Positions 10,312 to 20,077 of a stretch of 64,000 nt of DNA are shown here, in pieces. Source of the DNA: Myxococcota bacterium. GTDB taxonomy: Bacteria; Myxococcota_A; Polyangia; Nannocystales; Nannocystaceae. A program made the position numbers and the translations under genes. The stretch covers positions 1 through 64,000 of the forward strand of contig JBCCHT010000025.1 in the NCBI GenBank assembly GCA_039028615.1, written 5' to 3'. Position 1 is the stretch's first letter, and the number at the start of each line of letters is the position of its first letter. A model generated the notes under the pieces. It searched no databases. It had not been told where the DNA came from and worked only from the letters and a program-made list of their open reading frames with translations.

Positions 10312-11508
10312 CTACTGCACGAGCGGCTCGAACTCGAACTTCGCCGGTTCCGCACCACCGTCGTCCGCTGCCAGGACGATGTCGTAGGTCGGGCTGACGC
10401 AGCCGCTCTTCTTCGAGCGCATGAACGATGCCGTACCGTCGACGCTGAACGCCCAGTGGCGATCACCTCGCGCGTGCGCCCGCCACAGGGTGCCCGCAGT
10501 GGTGCCACTGCTGGCCTGGGCCACGGTGCCGCCCATCCCTTGGACCCGCCGCCCGAACGCGCTCTCGAAGGTCACCGTGTCCGGCCGCAGGACGGGATCG
10601 GGGCAGACCACACGGAATAGGCTCTGGCCATCGATCGACGGCGCCTGGTCCACGTCGAAGCCCTGGCTGCCGCCTTCCGCTCGAACCCAGCGCTCGTGCT
10701 TGGTCCGCAGCGCGATGCGATAGCCGTCGAACTTGCCGCAGAAACCCCGGCCGTAGACGCGGCGGATGGCGACCCGGTCTCCGGCCGAGAACGACAGGTC
10801 CGTGGACGGGGGCAAGCACGCCCGCATGATCGAGCCGAGGTCGTCCGCCGACGATCCCGGGATGAGGTGTGCCCCCAGGGAATTGCCGTCGCCGTCGGGG
10901 TCGTGGTCCGGCAGGCCTTCACAGCTCGCTCGGTCTTTCCAGTCCGTATGCCGAAAGCCCAGCGTGTGGCCGATCTCGTGCTGGATCGCCACCTTCAGGG
11001 TCACCTCGGGCGCGACGAACTCGTCCACGATCTCGGCCAGCTTGCCCTCTCCCACCGTGATCGACGGCCCCGGGTATCCGTGGCTGCCCGGGAAATCCGC
11101 GTGGATGCGATCGAGGTTGGACAGCTCGGTCCCAATGAACACGCCGACCTGGGTATCGCAGCCCGGATCGTTGTGGAGCTCGGTCCAGCCGATGGTGAAG
11201 GCCAGCGGCAGCTCGGCCCAGCGCTCGACGGCCTGCCGGGTCGCCGAGCGCAGCATCGCCGTGTCGTCCGCGAGGTCGTCGCGACCGGGCGGTACGGTGG
11301 GCAGCTGAACGCAGATGCTCGAGACCGTGTCGATGTCGACGATCCGGTCCGCGACCGACTGCCGAGACTCCGACGGTGCCCCGCCCTCGGTGTCGGTCGG
11401 AAGCAGGATGGACTGCTCCTGTGCCGGGTCGCATCCCACGCTCGTCGGAACGAGGGATGCAGCCCCGAGGAGCATCGACACACACACGGACCGGACTCCC
11501 ATACCCAC
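10312..11508 (-). CDS. Secreted zinc metallopeptidase (M57/HEIGH-type) with C-terminal fascin-like beta-trefoil
   Basis: [13 protein letters not shown], Met-turn [19 protein letters not shown] repeat-like C-terminus, signal/lipobox SVGC. Confidence 0.85.
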   Translation of the reverse strand: MGMGVRSVCVSMLLGAASLVPTSVGCDPAQEQSILLPTDTEGGAPSESRQSVADRIVDIDTVSSICVQLPTVPPGRDDLADDTAMLRSATRQAVERWAELPLAFTIGWTELHNDPGCDTQVGVFIGTELSNLDRIHADFPGSHGYPGPSITVGEGKLAEIVDEFVAPEVTLKVAIQHEIGHTLGFRHTDWKDRASCEGLPDHDPDGDGNSLGAHLIPGSSADDLGSIMRACLPPSTDLSFSAGDRVAIRRVYGRGFCGKFDGYRIALRTKHERWVRAEGGSQGFDVDQAPSIDGQSLFRVVCPDPVLRPDTVTFESAFGRRVQGMGGTVAQASSGTTAGTLWRAHARGDRHWAFSVDGTASFMRSKKSGCVSPTYDIVLAADDGGAEPAKFEFEPLVQ

Positions 11509-11568
11509 TGGGAGTGCCCCAGCGGGCCCGCGGTTATTCAGCTCGGGCGCGACCGAAGGCCCGTCGCC

Positions 11569-12168
11569 TCAGCTGAGGTCGGGAGGCGTACCCGCCAGCA
11601 CGCCGAACTGCCCGCCCGGCTGCACGCGCTCGTCTTCGTTGTCACCGCCCGGCATCGGGCCTGGCCACACCACCACGTTGGCCGAGGCCACGTACTGCCC
11701 GCGCGAGTGCACCCAGGTGTCGCGCTCGGCCACCCACGCCAGCACCGCGGCACGAGCCTTGTCGGTGATCGGGCGATCGTCGGCCGGGTCGGCGTTGCGC
11801 ATCGGCTTGCCCCGTTCGAACGCGACGGTGAGCGGCCGGTTGGGGTCGGCGTTCTTCATCTCCTCGCGACGCGCGTCCTGCTCCTGCTTCATGCGCGCCT
11901 GCTCCTTGGCCATGAGGTCGCGCATCGCGGCCGCGTCTCGCTCGTCTTGAACGGCCTGGGCCGTGCGCTCCTCCTCGTCGAGCGGGCGCATCGCCTCGCG
12001 GAGGCGCATCTCGTCCTTGGGACTCAGCGCTCCCTCGCGCGGCGGGCCCAGCACGACGACGAAGCGCGGTCGCTCACGCAGCCAGATCTCGGCATCGTCC
12101 ACGCTCTCGAATTCGGCGACCTGAGCCTGCCCGGTTTTGATGTCACGGATCTTGAGTTCGACGGCCAT
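11569..12168 (-). CDS. Hypothetical protein with central coiled coil
   Basis: GGAGG RBS before ATG (MAVELKIRD...), typical codon usage. Confidence 0.75.
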   Translation of the reverse strand: MAVELKIRDIKTGQAQVAEFESVDDAEIWLRERPRFVVVLGPPREGALSPKDEMRLREAMRPLDEEERTAQAVQDERDAAAMRDLMAKEQARMKQEQDARREEMKNADPNRPLTVAFERGKPMRNADPADDRPITDKARAAVLAWVAERDTWVHSRGQYVASANVVVWPGPMPGGDNEDERVQPGGQFGVLAGTPPDLS

Positions 12169-12261
12169 GGGGTCCTCCAGCGGGGCCGCACCATACCATC
12201 GGCGGCGCGGTGCAACCGAGGAAGGCTCGGTGGCGTAACCTTGAGCGAGGACAGTACGCCC

Positions 12262-12924
12262 ATGATCGACCTGTACACCGCGTCCACCCCCAATGGCTGG
12301 AAGGCCTCCATTGCGCTCGAGGAGCTGTCGCTGCCCTACACGGTGCATCGCATCGACTTGGGCAAGGGGGACCAAAAGAAGCCGGAGTTTCTGGCGATCA
12401 ACCCCAACGGGCGCATTCCCGCGATCATCGACCGGGAGGCGGGGGACCTCACCGTGTTCGAGTCGGGGGCGATCCTGATCTACCTGGCGGAGAAGGCCGG
12501 GGCCCTGATGCCCAGCGACACGGCGGGGCGGATGAACGTCATCCAGTGGGTGATGTTCCAGATGGGTGGGGTCGGGCCGATGATGGGGCAGGCCAATGTT
12601 TTCTTTCGGTATGCGCCGGAGAAGATTCCGTTTGCGATCGAGCGCTATCAGAAGGAGTCGCGGCGGTTGCTCGAGGTGTTGGATGGGCAGCTGCGGGGGC
12701 GGGAGTACTTGGCGGGGGAGTACTCGATCGCGGATATTGCGAATTGGAGCTGGGCGAGTACGTATGCGTGGTCGGGGGTTTCGATCGAGGGGCTTTCGGG
12801 GCTTTCGGCTTGGTTGGAGCGGGTTGGGGAGCGGGATGCGGTGAAGCGGGGGCGGGCGGTGCCGGGGAAGCTCGGGGAGAATAAGGAGCAGGTCGAGAAG
12901 TTGGGGCGATCGATGCTCGTCTGA
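12262..12924 (+). CDS. Glutathione S-transferase, YfcG/nu-class-like
   Basis: [47 protein letters not shown]. Confidence 0.95.
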   Translation: MIDLYTASTPNGWKASIALEELSLPYTVHRIDLGKGDQKKPEFLAINPNGRIPAIIDREAGDLTVFESGAILIYLAEKAGALMPSDTAGRMNVIQWVMFQMGGVGPMMGQANVFFRYAPEKIPFAIERYQKESRRLLEVLDGQLRGREYLAGEYSIADIANWSWASTYAWSGVSIEGLSGLSAWLERVGERDAVKRGRAVPGKLGENKEQVEKLGRSMLV

Positions 12925-13287
12925 GCGGGCGCTCGAAGACTTGGGGAACGGGGCTCGAGGACCTGGGGGAAGCTCGGGTGATTGCTTCGGGCGAAGGCGG
13001 TCTGGGCCTGTTGACGCGAGACGACTACCCCGGACGTGCTCGTCGGCGGAACAGAGCGAGGGGCTTGGAGGGGGCATGAGTCGCCTCCTGCGCGCGACCG
13101 GGGGCCCCTTCTCGCTACGCGGCCAGACCGCTGCCGAGGAAGTCGCACCGGGGTTCGGTCGGGGAATTGTGGCGCCCTGCTCGGGTGGGGGTCGTCGGGC
13201 TTCGGCGAGGAGTGGGGAAAAAATCGGCACACGTGCGGGCCGGGGACGAGTCGGGGCACGTGCGCCGAGGGGGTTCGATCGGGGGGA

Positions 13288-13686
13288 TCAGTTCGGGTTG
13301 GCTACGGTGGCGGTGGCGCAGATGGTGCTGACCCAGACGTAGGCCCACATGATGAGGAGCTCTGGTTCGTCGTCGGGGACGGCGTTGGCGAGCAGATCGT
13401 CGATGATGTCGGCGATGGCGGGTTGTTCGTCGTTGAAGGTGTCCAGGGCGTCGGCGGGGGCGACTCCGTCGTTGACGGCGAGGACCATGTCGCGGGCGCT
13501 GGCGACTACGCCCTCGACCTCATCGGGGTTTTCCTCGAGATAGGCCATGACGGGGCCGTGCGATTCATCCAGCAGCTCGATGTTGATGTCTCGACGGGGG
13601 CCGGAATCCGAGGCGAAGGCGGGGATGGGGGCGGCGAGGATGCAGGTGGCGAGGAAGGAGCCGAGGGCGGATTTTTTGATGTTCAT
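13288..13686 (-). CDS. Small secreted hypothetical protein
   Basis: Signal peptide MNIKK...PAFA, acidic mature part, A/C-rich leader. Confidence 0.65.
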   Translation of the reverse strand: MNIKKSALGSFLATCILAAPIPAFASDSGPRRDINIELLDESHGPVMAYLEENPDEVEGVVASARDMVLAVNDGVAPADALDTFNDEQPAIADIIDDLLANAVPDDEPELLIMWAYVWVSTICATATVANPN

Positions 13687-13999
13687 GAGGGCGGTTTCTT
13701 TTGGTTGGATTGAAGTGATGGGCAGGCAATGGGACGCCGTCGGCCGAGGTCACGGACCGCGACGTTCGGGCGTCTCTACTGGCAGTCAACCTAGTCGAAA
13801 CGGGGCCGATGACATCTGAAGGGGATCTGAAATGGGGGTGGCCAGCGGTGCGGGGTGGGCTCGGCGGGCGCGCGAGCGGCGGGTCAGATCGTGCCGATGT
13901 GGCCGGATGAAGGGCGATCCGAGGGAATTCGACAGGCGGCTGAGAAGAAACGTATCGACCGGCGGGGGTGGGTGCGGGAAGCTCGTCAGGGAGGTCTGG

Positions 14000-15178
14000 A
14001 TGTCACTGAGGGTACGAGATGCTTGCTTTGTCACCGTGTTGTGTGGGCCCTTGGCCTGCTCGGCGAACGGAAACTCCATGACGACCACGGAGGACCCGAC
14101 CAGCAACGGGGACAGTGAGGGCGGCGGCGGAGGATCGAGCGGGGACGCGACGCCGCCCCAGGCCGACAACCGACCGCCCTCGCCTCTGCCGCCCGGAGGC
14201 CTCGACCCCGAGCAAGTGCCGATGTTCGTGTCGATCGGCTGGGACGACAACGCGGACGTGGGCGGGATGCTGTGGTCGCTCGGGCTGACCGAGGGGCGCA
14301 CCAACCCGGCGGGCACGGGGCAGGCGAGCACCTACGACGGCGCGCCGATGACGATGACCTACTACAACACGGGCGTGTACACGACGGGGTCGGGCGCCAC
14401 GTGGAAGCAGGCGTACGACGCGGGGCACGAGATCGGCAACCACACCCAAAGCCACGGGCAGCACCTGCAGCGGCTCGAGGACATCGATGTGTGGAACGGC
14501 GAGATCGAGGACTGCCAGAGCCAGCTCGAAGGGCTCGACATTCCGCTGAACGAGGTCTACGGATTCCGCACTCCGTTCCTGGGCACGGCCGATGCGACGA
14601 TCCAGGCGGTCGCCGACGCGGGCTTCTTGTACGACTGTAGCCTCGAAGAGGGCTACCAGCCGAGCCAGGACGGCACCAACTACCTGTGGCCCTACACCCT
14701 CGACGAGGGCAGCCCGGGCAACGACCAGCTCGTGGAGTGGGGCGGACTCAAAAATGACATCCTGCCCAAGCCAGGGCTGTGGGAGATGCCGGTCTACGCG
14801 TTCATCGTGCCGCCGGACGAGGTCTGCAAGCAGTACGGGGTGGAGCCCGGCTTCCGCGATCGCATGAAGGAAGCGGCGGACTACTTCGACACGGCGGGCG
14901 GCAAGATCACCGGGTTCGACTACAACGTCTGGTACGAGTTCGGTATGACTCCGGCCGAGGTGGCCGCGACCTGGATGTACACCCTCGACCTGCGACTCCA
15001 GGGCAACCGCGCGCCCTTCCTGCTCGGCACCCACACCGACGAGTACGACCAGGCCAATGCCCAGCGCCGCGAGGCGATGGAGATATTCCTCGACTACGCG
15101 CTCGAAAAGCCCGACGTGCGGATCGTGAGCGTCAAGCAGGCGCTCGACTGGATCCGCGAGCCCACGCCGCTGGGCTGA
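14000..15178 (+). CDS. Polysaccharide deacetylase (CE4/NodB-like) lipoprotein
   Basis: VSIGWDDN, GHEIGNHTQSH, GFRTPFL, GFLYDCS, NRAPF..GTH; GGAGG RBS; LACS lipobox. Confidence 0.9.
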   Translation: MSLRVRDACFVTVLCGPLACSANGNSMTTTEDPTSNGDSEGGGGGSSGDATPPQADNRPPSPLPPGGLDPEQVPMFVSIGWDDNADVGGMLWSLGLTEGRTNPAGTGQASTYDGAPMTMTYYNTGVYTTGSGATWKQAYDAGHEIGNHTQSHGQHLQRLEDIDVWNGEIEDCQSQLEGLDIPLNEVYGFRTPFLGTADATIQAVADAGFLYDCSLEEGYQPSQDGTNYLWPYTLDEGSPGNDQLVEWGGLKNDILPKPGLWEMPVYAFIVPPDEVCKQYGVEPGFRDRMKEAADYFDTAGGKITGFDYNVWYEFGMTPAEVAATWMYTLDLRLQGNRAPFLLGTHTDEYDQANAQRREAMEIFLDYALEKPDVRIVSVKQALDWIREPTPLG

Positions 15179-15201
15179 GGCAGGAAAGACCCACACGGGA
15201 G

Positions 15202-15240
15202 CACCGCCCGGTCCGCTGGACCCGGCGGTGTTTTTGTTTG
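15202..15240 (+). terminator. Intrinsic terminator
   Basis: caccgcc-cggtcc/ggacc-cggcggtg stem followed by tttttgttt. Confidence 0.8.
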
Positions 15241-15325
15241 CGCAGTCCGGCCGTGAAGGGTCGAGAACACTGTTCTTCCAACCCCGCCGATCGGTTCGTC
15301 ACCGTACGACACTCGTACTGCCACC

Positions 15326-16591
15326 ATGCGTGGCCTTGGATTAGCACTTTCAATCATGACTTGTTCGACGGCGTTGGTCGCCTGCTCGACTCCGGGAACC
15401 GTCAACACCTTCGGCGCGGACGAAGACGAAGAGATGGAGGTCGACACCGACACCGACGGGGAGGAATCCTCGGGCGGTGAAGAGGCCTTCGATCCGTTCG
15501 AGGGCGCTCGCGTCATCGAGACCGGCCTCGAGGGGCGCTTCGAGTTCGGCGACTACGATGGGGACGGAGTCGACGACTTGATCTCCGCCGATGGTGATTG
15601 GCTTCGAGTCCATCGCTTCGACAACGGCGAGCAGGTGCTCGAGCAACTCTCCATCACCTCGTTCAACACCTATTTCGACTTCCTGATACCGGCTCACGTG
15701 GATGGCGACGACCAGCTGGACCTCGTCTTGTACAACGCGGCAACGCCCCTCATCGGACAGTACGACAACCGACTCACCCCGGTCGCGTTTTCGTCCGACG
15801 GCGTCGAGTTCGGCCCCGTCGTGAGCATGGGCGGCGACGTCATGCTCAGGGCGGCGGTCGACTTCGACGGCGATGGGCGGGTCGATCTGCTGGAACGAAG
15901 CTTCAATGCGTTGCGAATCTGGAGCACGAACCGGGACGGCACCTGGACCGAAGGTCAGTCGCTCGCGGGCCTGCCCTACGTGGAGATCCGGGGCGCGATC
16001 TGGCACGACGTCACCCTCGACGGGCGCCTCGACCTGATGCTGTGGGGGCATGATTCCGGGCGGACCTACCTCGCGACCTACACGCAAGACGAAGAGGGCC
16101 ACCTGTCCGTGCTCCAGGAGCGCGAGCTGGAGTTCATGGGCGACGCGAGGCTCGCCGACTTCGACGACGATGGGATCGTCGACCTCGCACTGTCCCGTGC
16201 TCGGTGGTATGCGGAGGACCCAACCGCGGCTCTGCTCGTCCTCCAGGGCCGGGGCGACGGGACCTACGGCGGCAGCCTGCTGCATTTCGAGTCGGGCCCC
16301 GACGATGTCGGAGATGCTCGCCTGATTCCCGTCGATCTCGATGGCGATGGAGCCCCGGAGCCCATCGTGATCAATACCGGGACCTTCGACCCCGAAACCT
16401 ACGAGGGATTGCTGCCGGGATTCGAGCCGTGGACGCCCGTTCTCGTGCGGGTCGAGGACGAGGTGACCTTCCACCCGCTGCCCAGCGGCATCGTGCCCGT
16501 CGATGCCGCCGACCTCGACGGCGATGACTGCGAGGAGTTGGTCGGCGCCTCGGACAATCAGCTCGTGCTCTTGGAGCTCCCTTGCGACTGA
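15326..16591 (+). CDS. FG-GAP/VCBS repeat lipoprotein (copy 1)
   Basis: Lipobox LVAC, repeated D.DGDG..DL motifs. Confidence 0.9.
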   Translation: MRGLGLALSIMTCSTALVACSTPGTVNTFGADEDEEMEVDTDTDGEESSGGEEAFDPFEGARVIETGLEGRFEFGDYDGDGVDDLISADGDWLRVHRFDNGEQVLEQLSITSFNTYFDFLIPAHVDGDDQLDLVLYNAATPLIGQYDNRLTPVAFSSDGVEFGPVVSMGGDVMLRAAVDFDGDGRVDLLERSFNALRIWSTNRDGTWTEGQSLAGLPYVEIRGAIWHDVTLDGRLDLMLWGHDSGRTYLATYTQDEEGHLSVLQERELEFMGDARLADFDDDGIVDLALSRARWYAEDPTAALLVLQGRGDGTYGGSLLHFESGPDDVGDARLIPVDLDGDGAPEPIVINTGTFDPETYEGLLPGFEPWTPVLVRVEDEVTFHPLPSGIVPVDAADLDGDDCEELVGASDNQLVLLELPCD

Positions 16592-16703
16592 ACCAAGAAA
16601 AACACCCCGACGTGAGAACGCCGGGGAGCCACAGAGGGTTGAGAACTCCGTTCTTCAGGACCCACCGATCGGTTCGTCACGGTACGACACTCGTACTGCC
16701 ACC

Positions 16704-17972
16704 ATGCGTGGCCTTGGATTAACACTTTCAATCATCACTGGTTCGACGGCGTTGCTCGCCTGCTCCACTCCGGGAACCGTCAACATCCTCGAGCTGGACG
16801 AAGACCTAGAGGTCGACACCGACCCCGACGAAGAGGAATCCTCGGGCGCTGAGGAGGCCATCGATCCGTTCGAGGGCGCTCGCGTGATCGAGGCCGGCCT
16901 CAAGGGGCGCTTCGAGTTCGGCGACTACGACGGAGACGGTATCGACGACCTCATCTCCGAAGACGATGACTGGCTTCGAATCCATCGCTTCGACACGGCC
17001 GAGCAGGAACTCGAGCAGTTCTTCATCACGTCGTTCAGCGCGAACTTCCACCGCATGATGCCGGCCCACGTGGATGACGACGACGAGCTGGACCTCGTGT
17101 TGTACGACCCTGCGACCCCCACCATCGGGGAGTATGACAACCGACTCATCCCGGTCGCGCTTTCGTCCGGCAGCGTCGACTTCGGCCCCGCCGCGGTCAT
17201 CCAGGAGGAGGTCATCGGCACGATGGTCGACTTCGACCGCGATGGTCGCACCGATCTGTTGGAACGAAGCGCCAATGCGTTGCGAAGCTGGAGCATGAAC
17301 CGGGACGGAACGTGGACCGAAGGCCAGTCGCTCGCGGGCCTGCCCAACGTGGAGATCCGAGGCACGCTATGGCACGACGTCACGCTCGATGGGCGCCTCG
17401 ACCTGTTGATCTGGGGCCACGATTCTGGACGAACCATGCTCACGACCTACGCACAGGGCGAAGACGGCATCTTGTCCGTATTGCAGGAGCGCGAGCTCGA
17501 GTTCAGGGGCGACGTGGGCCTCGCCGACTTCGACGACGATGGGATCGTCGACCTGGCGCTGTCGCGTGAGCGAACCCTGGAGCGCCCGGCCGCAGCGATT
17601 CTGGTCCTCCAGGGCCGGGGCGACGGAACCTACGGGGGAAGCCTGCTCCATCTCGAGTCCGGCCCCAACGCCACCGGAGGTCCTCACCTGTTCGGCGTCG
17701 ATCTCGATGGAGACGGAGTCCCCGAGCCCATCGTGCGCAATACCGGGTCGATCGACCACGAGTCCGATGACGGGTTACTGTCAGGGGTCGGGTCTTGGAA
17801 CTCCGCCCTCATCCAAGTCGAGGGCGAGGGCGAGGATGAGGTGACTGTTCACCCGCTCCCCACCGACATGTGGCTCTCCGACGCGGCCGACATCGACGGC
17901 GACGGCTGCGACGAGCTGGTCGGCAAGAACTCCGAGAACTGGATCCAGATCCTGAAGCTCCCCTGCGACTGA
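16704..17972 (+). CDS. FG-GAP/VCBS repeat lipoprotein (copy 2, tandem paralog)
   Basis: Near-identical N-terminus MRGLGL.LSI and colinear similarity to 15326..16591. Confidence 0.9.
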   Translation: MRGLGLTLSIITGSTALLACSTPGTVNILELDEDLEVDTDPDEEESSGAEEAIDPFEGARVIEAGLKGRFEFGDYDGDGIDDLISEDDDWLRIHRFDTAEQELEQFFITSFSANFHRMMPAHVDDDDELDLVLYDPATPTIGEYDNRLIPVALSSGSVDFGPAAVIQEEVIGTMVDFDRDGRTDLLERSANALRSWSMNRDGTWTEGQSLAGLPNVEIRGTLWHDVTLDGRLDLLIWGHDSGRTMLTTYAQGEDGILSVLQERELEFRGDVGLADFDDDGIVDLALSRERTLERPAAAILVLQGRGDGTYGGSLLHLESGPNATGGPHLFGVDLDGDGVPEPIVRNTGSIDHESDDGLLSGVGSWNSALIQVEGEGEDEVTVHPLPTDMWLSDAADIDGDGCDELVGKNSENWIQILKLPCD

Positions 17973-17976
17973 ACCA

Positions 17977-18010
17977 AGAAAAACACCCCGACGTGAAAAC
18001 GCCGGGGTGT
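17977..18010 (-). terminator. Intrinsic terminator for the C1 peptidase gene
   Basis: aacaccccg.cgt-gaaa-acg.cggggtgtt hairpin; the A-run on + gives a U-tail on -. Confidence 0.75.
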
Positions 18011-18035
18011 TCTGCAGTCGGGACTCGACCGCGGG

Positions 18036-19496
18036 CTACTCGACGAGCAGCAGCCAGCTCTGCAGGCTGCCCGTGTCCGCCCGGGCGTTGTCGCTCACCT
18101 GGAGCTGCCAGGTACCGCGGCGATCCTCGTCGTCGAAGTCGTCGAGCTCGATGGTCTCGCGCAGGTTGTCCTCGCTGCCGCCCGCCCGGTCGTGCAGGGT
18201 GACGATGGTCGAGCCGTGGATGAGGCGCACGGTGAGGTCACCCCGGTAGGTGTGGGTGATGTCGAACTCGACGGTGATCTTGGAGATGCTGCCGTCGTCG
18301 GGCACCTCGATCTCGCTGACGATGCCCGTGGGGTCGTTGTCGGGGATCTCGATGACCTCGTCGGACTCGTAGAGCTCGGCGTCGGCGGGCGGGGTGGGCT
18401 CGTCGGGGTCGGTGCCCGGCTCGGGCTCGGGCTCGGGCATCACGATCTCGGGGAGATCGGAGACCCGGGCGCTGCCGTAGTCGGTCACGTAGTCCATGGA
18501 GATGAAGCCGTAGCCACCGCCGTGGGGGTTGTCGACGCCGAAGCTGCCCGCGCCCCAGCTGTTCTTGAAGATGAAGAAGCCCGTGTCCATCACGGGCTCG
18601 CCCGCGGCGTCGACCATGAGCGAGCCGTCGGACTCGCGGCGCTGGACCTCCATGTCGAGGTCCCAGCCCACCAACAAGATGGAGTGACCGGCTCGCTTCT
18701 TGCGGCTCTCGGTGACGTCCTCGTCGTTGGGCGCGAGCACGATGCCCTTGTCCCAGTTGTCGGTGTTGCGCGTCAGCGTGGTGCCGCGGTGATTCCAGGC
18801 CTGGTAGAAGAAGTCGAGACCGACGACCACGGCCGTCTCGTTGACCCGCATGTGGTCGATGATCGACGCGCGGCTGGAGTTGAGCCAGCGCCCGCGGGGA
18901 AGGAAGAACTTCTCGGCGTCCTCGGCCTCCATGGGCGGGGCACCATTGGTGTAGCAGCGGGTCGGGCGATCCTCGTTGTCCTTGTCACACTCGGGATCGT
19001 CGGTCTCGTCCCACTCGCTGATCTCGTACTCCCACGCCGACTCGGCCGGGATGCCGTACTCGCTGATCGCCTGCAGGTTGTAGTTGGCATTGCTGCCGCT
19101 GGTGTTGCGGAACGACCGGACCTGCTCCTTGACCGACCACTGCAGGTACTGCTCGGAGAAGTCGGGGTTGTCGACGCCCGCCGAGATGTACAGGTGCTCC
19201 ATCAGGGCGACGGTCGAGAAGATGGAGCAGACGCCACGACGGCCCTGGCTCTTGACCGGCGACTGCGAGTCGACCAGGTCGAACTGCTGCGGCGCGGGGC
19301 CGTCGGCCTTGATGTCGAAGGGCAGCTCGTCGTTGGTGGGGGCTCCCTCGAAGAGCGCGTCGTAGTCCGACAGCGGGGCATCTTCGTCGTCCGCACCGCC
19401 AGCCTCGGGGTCACAGCCGGTCAGGGCCAGGCTCGTGGACAGTGCCAGCGGGGCGATCAGGGAGTGGATCCGCATCCAACCAAACTTCATGTCCAT
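18036..19496 (-). CDS. Papain-like C1 cysteine peptidase lipoprotein with C-terminal proprotein-convertase P domain
   Basis: PVKSQGRRGVC, FSEQY, GHSILLVGWD, FKNSWG; IPDND...ITHTYRGDL...GTW.LQV.D...DTG.L.SW. Confidence 0.92.
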   Translation of the reverse strand: MDMKFGWMRIHSLIAPLALSTSLALTGCDPEAGGADDEDAPLSDYDALFEGAPTNDELPFDIKADGPAPQQFDLVDSQSPVKSQGRRGVCSIFSTVALMEHLYISAGVDNPDFSEQYLQWSVKEQVRSFRNTSGSNANYNLQAISEYGIPAESAWEYEISEWDETDDPECDKDNEDRPTRCYTNGAPPMEAEDAEKFFLPRGRWLNSSRASIIDHMRVNETAVVVGLDFFYQAWNHRGTTLTRNTDNWDKGIVLAPNDEDVTESRKKRAGHSILLVGWDLDMEVQRRESDGSLMVDAAGEPVMDTGFFIFKNSWGAGSFGVDNPHGGGYGFISMDYVTDYGSARVSDLPEIVMPEPEPEPGTDPDEPTPPADAELYESDEVIEIPDNDPTGIVSEIEVPDDGSISKITVEFDITHTYRGDLTVRLIHGSTIVTLHDRAGGSEDNLRETIELDDFDDEDRRGTWQLQVSDNARADTGSLQSWLLLVE

Positions 19497-19740
19497 ACAT
19501 GTAGGACAATATCGGCTCAGGTGGTATCGAAATCGCCTAACAGTTCGGATTCATTGAGTCTAGTTTTCTCACACTTTATCCTACCTGTCGGTATTTTCCT
19601 GACCAAGAGTTCTTTTGCTCCATGAAATTGGAGCCTCGACCCCACGCCTTCGGGGGCGCTCGACCTCGACTCTGCATCGAGCGATGCGATCGGCGAGGGG
19701 CCGACTCGACAGCGCCGAGCCGACCCATCGCCGCGGCGCT

Positions 19741-20061
19741 TCAGCAGTAGGACATGCACTCGAGGCGCTGCTGGTTGCAGTACTCCTCGCTGCAGTTGCC
19801 GTGATCGAGGCAATCGGTGAAGTCGCGCCAGCACTGGGCGATGCATTGATAGTTCGTGGAGGCGGGCTGGGCCGCATCGGCGGTGTCCAGCTCGACCTCG
19901 AGCGTGGGGGCGGGCTCGGAGATGGGCGCCTGCTCGACCTCGACCTGCACATCGCTCGACACGGGAGCGACCTCAGCCGACGCGAAGCCCGACCATGCGA
20001 ATAGGCCAACGGCCATCATGCCGGCCGCCAGGGAGAAGGAACGAGTGCGATGATTCTTCAT
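19741..20061 (-). CDS. Small secreted Cys-rich protein
   Basis: Signal peptide ending ASA, C-terminal 7-Cys cluster; directly downstream of an ECF sigma. Confidence 0.75.
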   Translation of the reverse strand: MKNHRTRSFSLAAGMMAVGLFAWSGFASAEVAPVSSDVQVEVEQAPISEPAPTLEVELDTADAAQPASTNYQCIAQCWRDFTDCLDHGNCSEEYCNQQRLECMSYC

Positions 20062-20077
20062 GATCTGCAGGTGATGC

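Larger units (their letters stand above)
15255..18007 (+). repeat. Tandem duplication of a ~1.38 kb unit (leader, gene and downstream hairpin)
   Basis: Leader gatcggttcgtcac.gtacgacactcgtactgccaccATG and tail tgaaccaagaaaaacaccccgacgtga.aacgccgggg both occur twice about 1380 bp apart. Confidence 0.9.

Noticed and set aside
10696..12261. Long N-terminal extension of the GST ORF
   Set aside because: Antisense to two real genes; GST starts at MIDLY (12262)
15320..15328. Kozak-like gccaccATG before the FG-GAP genes
   Set aside because: Coincidental in GC-rich bacterial DNA; the second copy results from the duplication
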